DNA of 64,000 nucleotides, taken from Neocallimastix sp. 'constans' (taxonomy: Eukaryota). Position numbers and translations under genes: made by a program. Below the pieces are notes generated by a model. It saw nothing but the letters and a program-made list of their open reading frames with translations. It was not told the origin of the DNA and ran no database searches. The stretch's first letter is position 1, and every line of letters begins with the position of its first letter. Of this stretch, positions 1 to 12,757 are shown piece by piece. The DNA lies in contig JBODTK010000134.1 of NCBI GenBank assembly GCA_050613775.1, positions 62,001-126,000 of the forward strand, written 5' to 3'.

Positions 1-12
1 ATTAATCTATAG

Positions 13-156
13 GAGTATTAATTTATGTGATGTTGATATTCGTCCAAATCTTTATAGTAATATTGTATTAACTGGTGGTAATACCTTATTTAATGGACTT
101 ATGGATAGATTAAATAATGAACTTTCAGTATTAGCTCCTGGTGTAAGTATTTACTT

Positions 157-205
<49 letters not shown>

Positions 206-625
206 AAGAAAGAAAGAAAGAAAAAAATATATATATACATATATATGTATTATAAAAATAGAAATCAAATAAATAAAAAATTAAACTTATAATAATAATA
301 AATGAATTAAAATATAAATATAAATTAAATTAAATAAAATTAAATTAATAAATAAAATAAAATAAAATAAAATAATAAAAAATAAATTTTTATATTCTAA
401 ATCATTCATATATATATTAATATATAATATATATATATATTTATTTATCATATCATATAGATTAAAATAAGAATTCATGCTTCAGGTAATACTTCAGAGA
501 GAAGATTTGGTGTATGGAATGGTAGTTCAATTCTTTCTTCTCTTGGTACTTTCCATCAACTCTGGATATCTAAGAAAGAATATGAAGAAATTGGTAAATC
601 TATTGTTGAAAAAAGATGTAATTAG
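13..625 (+). CDS. ARP4: Actin-related protein, Arp4/BAF53-like (3' part; exons 13-142 and 461-625)
   Basis: Spliced translation [36 protein letters not shown] / [53 protein letters not shown] intron 143-460. [17 protein letters not shown] is typical of the Arp4 C-terminus. Confidence 0.85.
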
Positions 626-629
626 AAAA

Positions 630-660
<31 letters not shown>

Positions 661-911
661 GAAAATAATATATATATATATATATATTCATTTATATAAA
701 AGTAAATCCAACAATATTTTAATAAAAAAAAATCATTGAAAAAAAAATTTTTAATAGACTTAATCCTAATCCTACAATATGTATTTTTTTTTTTTTTAAT
801 ATATGTTATTTATATATATAACTTAATTATTAATAATCATTATCATGAAAATATTTTTGTATATCATTATCATCACTTAGTATTACTTCACTCTATTAAA
901 TCAATTAAATA

Positions 912-961
<50 letters not shown>

Positions 962-1439
962 TAAAAAAATAAATATTATAAAAAAAAAAATTATTTATAT
1001 ATATAATATTCCTTATGTAATATATATATTATTTGGTTCATTTTTATATTCTTTTTTTTTTATATAAATTTTTTTCCTTAAATATAATTAAATATAAAAA
1101 ATATATGTGTATAGGTGTATAATTTTTTTTTTTTTTATTTTCAATTTATTTAATTATTTTATTTAATTTATATTTATCAAATTGAATAATTTTTTTTATT
1201 ATGTTAGTAGTTCATTCAAACATTAATAATTAAATTATTAACATATATTTTATTATAATATTTATAATATAATCTTTAATAATATTTCTTAAATTATTAT
1301 TTTTTTTTTTTTTTTTTTAAATTTAATAATACGGTTATTAATTCTAAGGGTTAAAAGCATAAATCATATTTAAATTTTTTTAAAACTTTAATTTTTTTTT
1401 TTATATATAAACTCTATATTTATAAATTTTTATTTTAAA

Positions 1440-1473
<34 letters not shown>

Positions 1474-1814
1474 TTGTACAAAATTTCTAAATAATAATAA
1501 TAATAATAAATGTTTAACAACAATTAAAAAAAAAAAAAAAAATTAAAAATATCCTAAAAACAGTATAATTAATATATATACATATTAAATTTTAATACTT
1601 GTAATTACTTTTTTAAAAAAAAAGAATGAAAATAAAATAAAAATATTGAATATATCTCGATAAATACTAATTATGAACTTCTTTATTTAAATAATATAAA
1701 TTATATATATTTATTAATTTCATTAATGTCATATATATTTATTTATTAGTTTCATTAATTTAAATAATAATAATATTATTATTATTGAATAAAGGAATTG
1801 TAATTCAATTGTAA

Positions 1815-1863
<49 letters not shown>

Positions 1864-2588
1864 TTCATTTGTTTAATTTTAATTTTCAAAAAGATAAATA
1901 TATATATATAAAATTTATGGAAATTTTTTATCAACTTTTTTTTTTTGCATATTCTTAAAGTTTTATAAATTTATTTTATTTTATATCCGGAATATTTAAA
2001 TTACATGTAAAATAATAATTTCCAAATTATTAAATGATATATTTAAAATTTAAATAAATACATTATATATAATTTATAATTAATAATTTATATAATTTAT
2101 ATAATTTATTTCTCGATTATGATATTAAACTTTTTACATCCTTTATTTTTTTTTTTTTTAACCAATATAATAATAGTTTTAATTTACTAAAAGAAAAAAA
2201 TATATATATATATATAAGCTTCTGGTAAAAAAGATTTTACAATTATTTCATTTATGTAACTCCGAAATAAAAAAGAATCATAATATATAATAATATATGT
2301 ATATATATCATAAAGAATATTAATAATATTAATAATGGAGATAATAGTATTATTAATTATTAATAGCATTAATATTTAATAATTCCTTAAATATGATTTA
2401 TATAATATAAATTATTATAAATATATTTAATAAGAAGGAAAAAATTCGAAAATTATTTTTAAAGTTTTAAAGAATACAAATATTTTAAAACTTATTTTAA
2501 TATATTTTTTATAAAATTAAAAATTTAATAAATAAAAATTATATATATATATTTCTTAAAATCTTTTTCATTTAATAAAAATATTAGA

Positions 2589-2619
<31 letters not shown>

Positions 2620-2761
2620 AATAATTATTATTATTAATTAAATTATCAAATTTTTCAACGTTCAATAAAATTTCCTATAAATTTTTTATATATACATTAA
2701 TATATTAAAATAAAATATTAAAAATTAAAAATATTAAATAATTGATTAATATCTATATATA

Positions 2762-2796
<35 letters not shown>

Positions 2797-3047
2797 AAAA
2801 ATTTTTTTAATAATATACATATATTTGTATATTTTTGTATCGAAATTAATTATAATTTTTTTTTTTTTTTAAGAAAACCAATAATTAAAAAATATATAAC
2901 TCAAAAATAAAAGAAAAAAAAAATATAATAAAATAATATAATAAATTAAAATATAATAAATAATAAAAATACAAATAAAATAATAAAATAAAATAATAAT
3001 AAAAAAAAAAAATAAAATAAAATAATAATAATAATAAAATTAAAAAA

Positions 3048-4046
3048 ATGAATGAAATTAAAAAAAATATTATCATTTATTTTAACTATAAAGATAAATA
3101 TTGTATAGAGGATACCATAAATTATAAATTCTTTCAAAAAAATGTTAAAGTAAAAGATGAAGAAAATTTAATTAAAAATAAAAGATATTGTTATCAATGG
3201 AATAAAAGAAATAATTGTTATATTGAAAATATTCTTTCATTTAGTAATGAACAAACTTACTCTATACCCCAAATAAGTCAAATGTTGGGATGTATTTCCT
3301 GTTGTAAAGATTGTTTAAATGGTGCATATATTTATGATCTTCAATCATTAAAATCTAAATCGATCAGTAATACCATACAGAATACCAATTCTTATAAAAT
3401 TATAACTTTTAGAAATAAAAGAAACAGTACTGACTATCCTATCCTATACCATAATAAAAATCAAGAAATTAGATATTGTTTATTAGAAAATACTAATTCA
3501 TTATGTTCAAAAACTTATACTTGTTATCCTGTTATACCACAAAACCTTATCGCTAATGAATTAAATAAAGATGTATCAAAATTTTCAAATGTTCTCTACA
3601 TTATACTTTCTATAGTTTTTGTTATTATCATCATAGGATTAATATGGGCTATTTTTTACGTTATACGAACCTATCGAAGACATAAAAAAATAAATCAAGT
3701 AATAGATATCACTGGAGGTGATAATTATAAAGGCGAAAATGAGGATAAAAATGAGAATCAGGAAGAAAAAGTGTATCTATCCAATAATTTCGATTATTGT
3801 TATGACCCATCAAAAGTAGAACATAATAATAATAATAATGGCAATATTAATAATAGTAATAATAGTATTAATAATATTATTATTAATACCAATGATACTA
3901 TTGATATTAACGATAATGTACATGAAAGTACTATAAGTATTCATAGTATAAATAAAAAGAACAACAAAATTAATAAAAGTATCAGTAGCATAAGTAAAAA
4001 ATCAAAAAATATTAAAATAGAAGATATAGATTCATTTATTGAGTAA
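3048..4046 (+). CDS. Hypothetical single-pass membrane protein with Cys-rich N-terminal region and Asn-rich tail
   Basis: 332-aa ORF with clustered Cys (CISCCKDC, YCLLE..LC..YTCYP), a hydrophobic segment VLYIILSIVFVIIIIGLIWAIFYVI, then basic RTYRRHKK. True start uncertain; an upstream exon may exist. Confidence 0.7.
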   Translation: MNEIKKNIIIYFNYKDKYCIEDTINYKFFQKNVKVKDEENLIKNKRYCYQWNKRNNCYIENILSFSNEQTYSIPQISQMLGCISCCKDCLNGAYIYDLQSLKSKSISNTIQNTNSYKIITFRNKRNSTDYPILYHNKNQEIRYCLLENTNSLCSKTYTCYPVIPQNLIANELNKDVSKFSNVLYIILSIVFVIIIIGLIWAIFYVIRTYRRHKKINQVIDITGGDNYKGENEDKNENQEEKVYLSNNFDYCYDPSKVEHNNNNNGNINNSNNSINNIIINTNDTIDINDNVHESTISIHSINKKNNKINKSISSISKKSKNIKIEDIDSFIE

Positions 4047-4353
4047 AATGAATAAATATAAATATAAAAAAAATAAAATAAAATAAAAATAAAAATAAAA
4101 AAAATAATAATAAATTAATAATAAATTTATTATTAATTTAAAAGTTATTATCCATTTTATTTATAAAAATTCATGTATAATAAATATATAATTTATTATT
4201 TTTATTATTATCATTATTATAAATTATATGAAATTGAATAATTGAATTTTGTTTAAATACATTATCATGAATAAGCAATAATATTAATAATAAAAAATAG
4301 CATTTTTATAATATAATATAAAATTAATTATATTCACATATTAAATTTTTTTA

Positions 4354-4492
<139 letters not shown>

Positions 4493-5219
4493 AAATCTAT
4501 CTCCTTATAAAATTATTAATTTTTATATGTAATATTTTGCGGATGTTTTCCAGCGCCTATTCCAATATTAAATTATAATAATAAAAATATAAAATGAAAT
4601 AAACATGTCAAATACTCTTTTTAATATTTTGGATAATTATTATTATTATAATAATATATATATGTTTTTTTTTTAAAAAAAAATATTTAATATTTAAATA
4701 ATAATAATAATAATAATATATTTTTTTTTATATATATATATATATTTTATTTTATTTTATTTTATTTTAGTTTAGTTTATATAAAATATAATTTATTATT
4801 CATAATTTTTTTAATATTTTTTATTTATTTATTTATTTATTTATTTATTTTATTTCATTTTTTTGAATAATAAATTCTCTTGGTTGTATTATAATTCAGG
4901 AATCTTAAATTTATTGGGAACTTTAATTTTTATTTATTTTTTCATTTATTAATTATATGAATATTTTTTATTTTATTTAAAAAAAAAAAAAATTAATAAA
5001 ATAAATAAATATTATTTGTCCAATTAGAACATAATAATTTATAAAATAATAACGTGAAATATATGTAATATTCATTTAAAAGTGTATAAATAAATTCAAG
5101 AAAAAAGTTTATAGGCAACGAACCTCACTTCCAATATTATAAAATTTCTATTTAAAAAGGAATTCTTAATCTGGATTAGGGTTTGAATTGACTATCTGAA
5201 AAAAAAAAAAAAAAAAAAA

Positions 5220-5720
5220 ATTATGGTCTTCTCTTTCAAAGGCCCTGTTAGCTGTCTTAATCTTTTACATACTTTTTTACTTTTTAAATTAGCTGAAAAT
5301 GCATTAAGTAAACCAAAAAAAAAAAAAAAATAAAAAAAAAAAATAAAATTAAACATAAACAAATTTTAATTAATCATAGAAAATTTATTGTAATAAAAAA
5401 TAAAAATAAGTTCAAAAGTAAAAAAAAAAAAAAAAAAAATTTCGGTGTAATGTATACTATGTGTAGCAACATGATCATCTTGAAAAGGATTTATTTCCGT
5501 AATTTTCCAATACTTTACAGGAAAAGATCCAGTGAGAAAAGCTAGGTATACTAACACCACAACATGGGCAACATTTAGGGCAATCATCTGAGACTATTCT
5601 TCTTTTGATGGAAATACTAATGTTAAATTTAAAACCACACCTAATTCAAGAAATCCAATAGACTCCTAATTAATACTTAGGATATTGAAATGTTAAGTCT
5701 TTGATTTCTGAAATAATTTT
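5220..5720 (-). mobile_element. Older degenerate LINE, 3' part (ORF2 CCHC zinc finger and C-terminus)
   Basis: Minus strand 5700->5490 reads DLTFQYPKY*LGVYWIS*IRCGFKFNI...DDCPKCCPCCGVSIPSFSHWIFSC, homologous to KLCYEYPDLSYGFYWLLGRSGY...MCPNFCPCCKSNKQWISHWLIDC of the neighbouring LINE. 5221-5265 resembles that element's ORF end. Confidence 0.75.
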
Positions 5721-7842
5721 TTTTTTTTTTTTTTTTTAACGGCAGCAAACTTGTTTCATCTTTATTAATTAAATATTTGATAAAATACATGTAATAAAAA
5801 GAAAAAAAAAATAATAAAAATAAAAAAATAAACAAAAAAAAAAAAAAATAAAATAAAATAAAATAATGGTATAATATATTCTAGTTTCATTTAATTAATA
5901 TCAGAAAGACTTCACAAGGGTATTATTATACTGAAGTATAATAATTAATTTTGACTTCGCAATGTAAATCATAATTTTAAGAAACAAAATTATGATCTTC
6001 ATTGGTTGCGCTAGCCCTGCTGGCCTGTCTTACTGTTTCTTCAGCATTGACGCTCTTGGTAGTAGTAGTACGATTCGATTTGAACCTATTGAACAAAGAC
6101 CATTGCTGGCCAATAGCAATAGGTATAATCGATTGGAGAAGTGCCGCAGTAACCACCAAGAACGGAGTATCAGAATAAGCACCTGATTTTCATCTGGCAC
6201 TTAAATAGATCCTTCCATTCCCTTGTACTGTTATTAATACTTCGACCTCCAAGAAGGAAATTAAACACTTTTTCACACACACTAAAATCAATATACACAT
6301 TATTTTCAATACTATTACTAACATTACTAAAAATACTATTACTAATATTATTATTACTATTATAACTATTACTATTATTACTATTACTATTATCATTATT
6401 ACTATTAACAATATCATTTGTTAGGTTGCCACGGTAAAAAGCATTATATAAAAATAAAATTTTATCATTAACTTTACTACGAATATGATTGAAAAAAGGA
6501 CAATCAATTAACCAATGACTTATCCATTGTTTATTACTTTTACAACAGGGACAAAAATTAGGACACATTTGATCTATTATTTTTGCAGCTTTAGCAATTC
6601 TAGCATCTAATCTATATCCGCTTCGTCCTAATAGCCAATAGAAACCATATGAAAGATCAGGATATTCATAACAAAGTTTTATAAATTTTGATGTTTCTTC
6701 GAATTTGTTTTTGTCATAAATCTCAGCTTTAATAGAATTGATTTTCATATCTCTTTTCCAATAAAAATCCTTGATTTTATTATCATTATTACCTCTTTTC
6801 TCTAGTTTACGTTTAAGAGTTCTACTTTCTTTTGTCCATGTATATTTTCTAGATTTTGGAATATTATTAACTAAATAGGAAATAATACAATTTGAATCTT
6901 TCCACTTATCAAAACATTTGACTTGAAACAAAGAACACTTAGCTGACAATGGAGGAATATTTAAATCTTTTGAAATAGAATATGCATTAATAAATGATTT
7001 GGCTTTATAGTAAACCTGCAATCCATCTTAATCCTTTATTAATTAATTTCTGAGTATTATTTGTTCTCGCTTTATTTGAACCAAGTAAAGGTGCAAAGTA
7101 AGAGACTTTACTAAGTACATAGGAGTTAATTATAATCTTCTTAAATGGAATAGGAATTTTGGAATTTGAAAGAAATTTACTAACAAAAAAGAGAGCTTTA
7201 GTAACTTTAGAGTTAAGTAATTTAATAATAGGGTTCAACGATAAGCTTTTATCAAATGGTATACCTAAATAGGTATAACATTTAGTTATTGGGATCGGTT
7301 GACCAGCAAGATAAAAAGTAGGATATCTTTTATTTTGAAAAAGAGGTGTGTCTGGTCGAATCACCATCGTTGCACGCTTGTTAATTCCAAAATTCATTAT
7401 ATTAAATTTAGCCCATTCATTTACCTTCTTAAGCATTTTTTTTTTAACTTAGTTCTTGATGGTGCGCATAGAACAATATCATCTGCAAAGAGTCCACCAC
7501 AACATCTAGATTCGCCTAAAGGAATTCCAAGTTCTAAAAAATCATTAAAAATGTCATTAATAAATAAATTGAAAAGAATTAGTGATAGTGGACAACCTTG
7601 TCTAACTCCTTTCATAATATTAAAAAATTCCGAATATTGATCATCAATTTTAACACTGGCTTTGGAAGTCAAATATAGATTTTTAATAAATTGATAAACC
7701 TCTAATATCTAAAGCATCTAATTTATATAAAATATGGAACAGAATCATATGCCTTTTTTAAATTTAGAAAAACAGGGAAAGTTTCTTTATTGCGAACTTT
7801 AATCTTTATTTATTTATTCTTATATAATATACATGAATACTT
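5717..7842 (-). mobile_element. 5'-truncated non-LTR retrotransposon (LINE): RT, CCHC zinc finger, 3' UTR, poly(A); frameshifted
   Basis: RT motifs FLNLKKAYDSVP (~7735-7775), KGVRQGCPLSLILFNLFINDI, GGLFADDIVL and YTYLGI; zinc finger CPCC..SHWLIDC; AATAAA (plus TTTATT 5761) followed by an A21 tail (plus T 5717-5737). ORF is split over several frames. Confidence 0.92.
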
Positions 7843-8030
7843 ATAATTTTAATAATTGCTTTTTTTAGCTTTTGAGAGTTTGAAGACCTCTCCTTTCCCA
7901 ATAAAACTTTTTTATTTCACTTGATTTTTTATCAGTTAATTTCTTTAGTCCATAAGTAATGTGACATATTAGGAATATAAGTTTAAATAATACTATAGAA
8001 TAATAAAAATACAAAAAATTGCTAAAGTTA
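7843..8030 (-). mobile_element. Older degenerate LINE, upstream part (continues at ~5713)
   Basis: KKLTDKKSSEIKKFYWERRGLQTLKS resembles RKLEKRGNNDNKIKDFYWKRDMKINS of the younger LINE, i.e. the segment just before the zinc-finger region found at 5490-5712. Confidence 0.6.
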
Positions 8031-8033
8031 AAT

Positions 8034-8081
8034 TTTTTTTTTTTTTTTTTTTTTTTCAAGACAGGGAAGAGAATACACTTC

Positions 8082-8128
<47 letters not shown>

Positions 8129-8550
8129 GACAGGGAAGAGAATACACTTCCAAAACTTTATTAAATTTTATTTTAAAAAATACATGTAGGTGAAAAGTAC
8201 ATTTGAAATTAAAAATAAAAAATTTAAAAAATAAAAAAATAAAAAGCTCGAAAATACTATGTATTTCGGCAAGTTGTACTATGTGGGAATTTTTCCCTTC
8301 CTAACATATAAAAAAGAAATAAAACCTAGAAGTAACATCTTTAAAATAGATAGTATTGTGTCCACTAAACTCTCCCCGGATTCACCATTTATTGAACTAC
8401 TAGGGCGAGATTCATCCTTCGTATAAATATTGCTAAAGCCATAAAAATAAAATAAATTCATTACAATTATAATTTGTTGAAACTACAATAATATTATTAG
8501 ACAAACCACATCCAGTTTAAACAATATAATAAATCGCATATACTCCAAAA
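8034..8550 (-). mobile_element. Probable third LINE 3' fragment with duplicated terminus and poly(A) tails
   Basis: Poly(A) tracts (plus T 8034-8056 and 8085-8125), a 26-bp direct repeat, and a 3' UTR resembling the LINE at 5717 (TTTATTAA...AAAATACATGTA). Weak peptide similarity GVYAIYYIV*TGCGLSNNII to GAYSDTPFLVVTAALLQSII. Confidence 0.5.
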
Positions 8551-8942
8551 ACAATAAAACATTTTAACATTATTTAAAATACACGTAAATATAAAAAATA
8601 ACAATTTATTTTTTTCAGTTTTAAATATAAATTTTATTTTTCAAAAATTTGTATTTTATTTTTTTATTTTTTTTTATTTTTTTTAATTGTTTCTAATTTT
8701 TTTCTTATTTTTGTTTTATTTTTTTTTGGAAAAGACACACATATATTATTATATATTTTTTGCTTTATTTTATAAATTGTAAATTAATTTCATTTATCTA
8801 TAAGATTATTTTAAAATTTTAAACAAACTAAAGTTAAAAAACTTTCAAAAGAAAGATTTTTCCACATTTATTTCATTTAAAATGGGCAAACAAATTATTT
8901 TGTTGGGGTTAAATAAAGATTAGTTCAAGAATTTTAAGGCAT

Positions 8943-10307
8943 TTACTTCTTCTTACCAGCAGCACCAGAGGCAGCCTTGTCGACCTTTTCAACAGACTTG
9001 ATAACACCGACAGCAACAGTTTGTCTCATATCACGAACGGCGAAACGACCAAGTGGTGGGTATTCGACGAAAGTTTCGACACAAAGTGGCTTGGATGGAA
9101 TTAACTTAACCATAGCGGCATCACCAGATTTGATGAACTTTGGATTTTCTTCAAGAGTCTTACCAGAACGACGATCCATCTTCTTTTGGATTTCGGCGAA
9201 ACGGCAGGCAATGTGAGCGGTGTGACAGTCAAGAACTGGAGAGTAACCGTTAGCAATTTGACCTGGGTGGTTGATGACAATAACTTGAGCAGTGAAGGAA
9301 GCAGCTTCCTTGGCTGGGTCTCTCTTAGAGTCAGAGCAAACATTACCACGACGAATTTCCTTAACAGAAACGTTCTTAACGTTGAAACCGACATTATCAC
9401 CTGGAACACCTTCAGCTAAAGCTTCGTGGTGCATTTCAACAGACTTAACTTCAGTAGTAACACCAGTTGGAGCGAAAGTAACAACCATACCTGGCTTGAT
9501 GACACCAGTTTCGACACGACCGACTGGGACAGTACCAATACCACCGATCTTGTAGACATCTTGAAGTGGAAGACGAAGTGGCTTATCAATTGGACGACTT
9601 GGTGGTTCAATAGAATCAATAGCTTCTAAAAGAGTCTTACCAGTGTAGGAACCAGACTTGGTTTCCTTAGTCCAACCCTTGTACCATGGCATGTTAGTGG
9701 TGGCTTCAATCATGTTATCACCGTGCCATCCGGAAATTGGGACGAATGGAACAGTCTTTGGGTTGTAACCAGTCTTCTTAATGAAGTTGGAAACTTCCTT
9801 AACAATTTCCTTGAAACGAGCTTCGGACCACTTAGCGGTATCCATCTTGTTGACAGCAACAATAAGTTGTTTGACACCAAGAGTGTAAGCAAGAAGAGCG
9901 TGTTCACGAGTTTGACCATCCTTAGAAATACCAGCTTCGAATTCACCAGTACCGGCAGCAATAATAAGAATAGCACAATCAGCTTGAGAAGTACCAGTAA
10001 TCATGTTCTTGATGAAGTCACGGTGACCTGGGGCATCAATAACAGTAACGTAGTACTTTGGAGTTTCGAACTTCCAGAGAGCAATATCAATGGTAATACC
10101 TCTTTCACGTTCAGCCTTAAGTTTATCAAGAACCCAGGCGTACTTGAAGGAACCCTTACCGAGATCAGCAGATTCCTTTTCGAACTTTTCAATGGTACGC
10201 TTATCGATACCACCGCACTTGTAAATTAAGTGACCGGTAGTGGTAGACTTACCAGAATCGACGTGACCAATAACGACAACGTTAACGTGAGTCTTTTCCT
10301 TACCCAT
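8943..10307 (-). CDS. TEF1: Translation elongation factor 1-alpha (intronless)
   Basis: 454 aa, [45 protein letters not shown]; carries the animal/fungal insertion [21 protein letters not shown]. Confidence 0.99.
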   Translation of the reverse strand: MGKEKTHVNVVVIGHVDSGKSTTTGHLIYKCGGIDKRTIEKFEKESADLGKGSFKYAWVLDKLKAERERGITIDIALWKFETPKYYVTVIDAPGHRDFIKNMITGTSQADCAILIIAAGTGEFEAGISKDGQTREHALLAYTLGVKQLIVAVNKMDTAKWSEARFKEIVKEVSNFIKKTGYNPKTVPFVPISGWHGDNMIEATTNMPWYKGWTKETKSGSYTGKTLLEAIDSIEPPSRPIDKPLRLPLQDVYKIGGIGTVPVGRVETGVIKPGMVVTFAPTGVTTEVKSVEMHHEALAEGVPGDNVGFNVKNVSVKEIRRGNVCSDSKRDPAKEAASFTAQVIVINHPGQIANGYSPVLDCHTAHIACRFAEIQKKMDRRSGKTLEENPKFIKSGDAAMVKLIPSKPLCVETFVEYPPLGRFAVRDMRQTVAVGVIKSVEKVDKAASGAAGKKK

Positions 10308-10393
10308 TTTATTATTTTTTAATTTTAATTTATTATAAAATTTTAAACTAAATTAAGAGTGTAGGGAAAAAATGATTAGGCGAAATTTTTTTC

Positions 10394-10572
10394 CTTTTAT
10401 ATGAAATTTTCGATAACCATATTTTCTATTATACGCCAATATTAACTTTTATTAGTTTTTGTATCATGATTGGCCTTAAAAAAATTATATTCCAATCATA
10501 TTATAGAAATTAATATTTGATGGAAAAAACCTATTTAATATATACATAAATTTAATTTTTTTATAAGCCAAT
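10394..10572 (-). promoter_or_regulatory. Candidate TEF1 promoter: TATA box plus four CCAAT boxes
   Basis: TATAAAAG on minus at ~10394-10402, ~90 bp upstream of the ATG; CCAAT/ATTGG at ~10436, ~10469, ~10492 and ~10568. Confidence 0.5.
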
Positions 10573-12454
10573 AAATTTAGCAATATAATTTAAAAAAAAA
10601 AAAAAAAAAATATGGAAATATAATTTTAAATATATTGATATATATTAATTTATATTGAATTCTGATTGTATCACATACGATAATATATAATTTTATATTA
10701 ACAAAATAATGTCAATTTTTTATTTTTATAAGATATAATAAATAAATAAATAAATAAATAAATAAAATATTAACAATACCACTATAAAATATAAATAATA
10801 TATAAAGTATGAATTATTAAAAAAATTATAAATATAAAAAAGTATAATGTTAATATATATATATATTTTTCCAATTAAAAAATGTTATTAGAGTTTTTAA
10901 AATTTATGTTAAAATTGATACATAAAAATATAATATATATATTTATATACACTTTATAAATAAAATCAATTAATTATAGACTATTTATTATTAATAATAT
11001 ATATATTTTTCTTTATTATATTTGGTTGTTATTATGTATAATATTCTATATATATTATTATTCAATTATTTATTATTTATTATTTATTATTTATTATTTA
11101 TTATTTATTATTGAAAATTTCATCAAGATTAAATTTCTGAAATTTTCAATTGAATCATATATTTTATTATAATGTAAAACATATTATTAGTTTACCTTTT
11201 TTTTTTTGTTTTAGTATTGTATATATATATTTAAAAAAAAAAAAGGTAAACTATTTAAAATATTTTTATTAATAGAATAAATGAATAAGAAAGTCAATTC
11301 CATAGTAAAAGTAATACAATTAATTATGACAAAATAATAGAAATGAAAATAAAAATGAAAATGAAAAAAAAGAAATAAAAAAATAAAAATAAAAATAAAA
11401 TGAAAACTATATTTATTTTAATATAAATCAAAAATATTCATATATATTCTGACTATTCAGTTAAAAATAGACTTAAAAAATATTAACATGTTAAAAAAAA
11501 AAAGACATAATAATAACTTTTTTTTTTATTTATTTTTATAATTTTTATTATTTAATTATTTAAATTATAGTGAAAAAAAAAAAAAAAAATAAAATAAAAT
11601 AAAAAAAAATGGGAAGGATTTTTTAATAAAAAAAAAAGTTTAATAATCAAAAAAAAAAAAAAAAATTACAGATAGATTTTATGAGGATACACAAATTGTA
11701 TAAATGGAATGATAAAACTATAAAATATGAAAATAAAAATGTACAACTAAATTGCCTTTAAAAATTTTTTATATACTTCAAGTAAAAATTAGTAATAAGC
11801 TGTTAATAATCTCAAAATTTTATTATTATTATTATTATTATTATATTGATAAGTTGTTGACTTTTTTTTATTAATATTATTATTAAAATGAATAAAATGA
11901 AAATATTTTATTATTATAAATATTTTAGTAACCAATATTAAATAAAAATTATTTAGAAAATTATGCATATTTATAATTCTCTTTAAAATTTTTTTTATTA
12001 TCTTGTCCTGTTTTAAAATATAAAAGCAATTAAAAAAAAATAATTATTAATGTTTATATGATATATTTCGTTCTTCAGATAGCAAAAATTACTTTTTATT
12101 TTATTTTATTTTATTTTTATTAATACTTTATTATTTTATACTACTTCATTATCTATTTTATTTTATTATTTATTTTATTTCATTATTTATTTTATTTTAT
12201 TTTTATTAATACTTTATTCTTTTATACTACTTCATTATTATTATAATTATTAATAGTTATTATTAATATAAATTTCTATTCTATTATTAAGATTATGTTA
12301 TTATTATGATTTTAATTATTATGATTTTATTTATTATATAAAAATAAAACAAATAATAAAACAAAATTTAAATAATTATTTAAATAAAAAGAAAAAAAAA
12401 ATTTACTAGATACTTTTCTTACATATTTCTACCAAATACTATTGTTTAATATAA

Positions 12455-12757
12455 ATAAATATAAAATATAAATATAAAATATAAAATATAAAATATAAAT
12501 ATAAAATATAAATATAAAATATAAATATAAAATATAAAATATAAAATATAAAATATAAAATATAAAATATAAAATATAAAATATAAAATATAAAATATAA
12601 AATATAAAACATAAAATATAAAATATAAAATATAAATATAAAATATAAATATAAAATATAAATATAAAATATAAATATAAAATATAAATATAAAATATAA
12701 ATATAAAATATAAATATAAAATATAAATATAAAATATAAATATAAAATATAAATATA
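12455..12757. repeat. ATATAAA/ATATAA minisatellite
   Basis: Direct reading; explains the spurious ORF 12439-12774. Confidence 0.9.

Noticed and set aside
101..3137. Short ORFs rich in K, I, Y and F
   Set aside because: Derived from homopolymers and intron or intergenic low-complexity DNA; only the Arp4 exons are coding.
4111..4140. Perfect 30-bp palindrome TAAATTAATAATAAATTTATTATTAATTTA
   Set aside because: A/T-only low complexity; expected from AAT/ATT repeats in this genome.
8650..8730. T-rich tract after TEF1 as the poly(A) tail of a retrocopy
   Set aside because: Such tracts follow most genes here, there is no TSD, and TEF1 has an intact ORF and promoter motifs.
8977..10229. Multiple overlapping and antisense ORFs within TEF1
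   Set aside because: By-product of strong codon bias in the real gene; no recognisable motifs.
12100..12240. Local duplication of TAATACTTTATT..TTTATACTACTTCATTAT
   Set aside because: Simple tandem duplication in AT-rich intergenic DNA; only two copies and not CRISPR-like.
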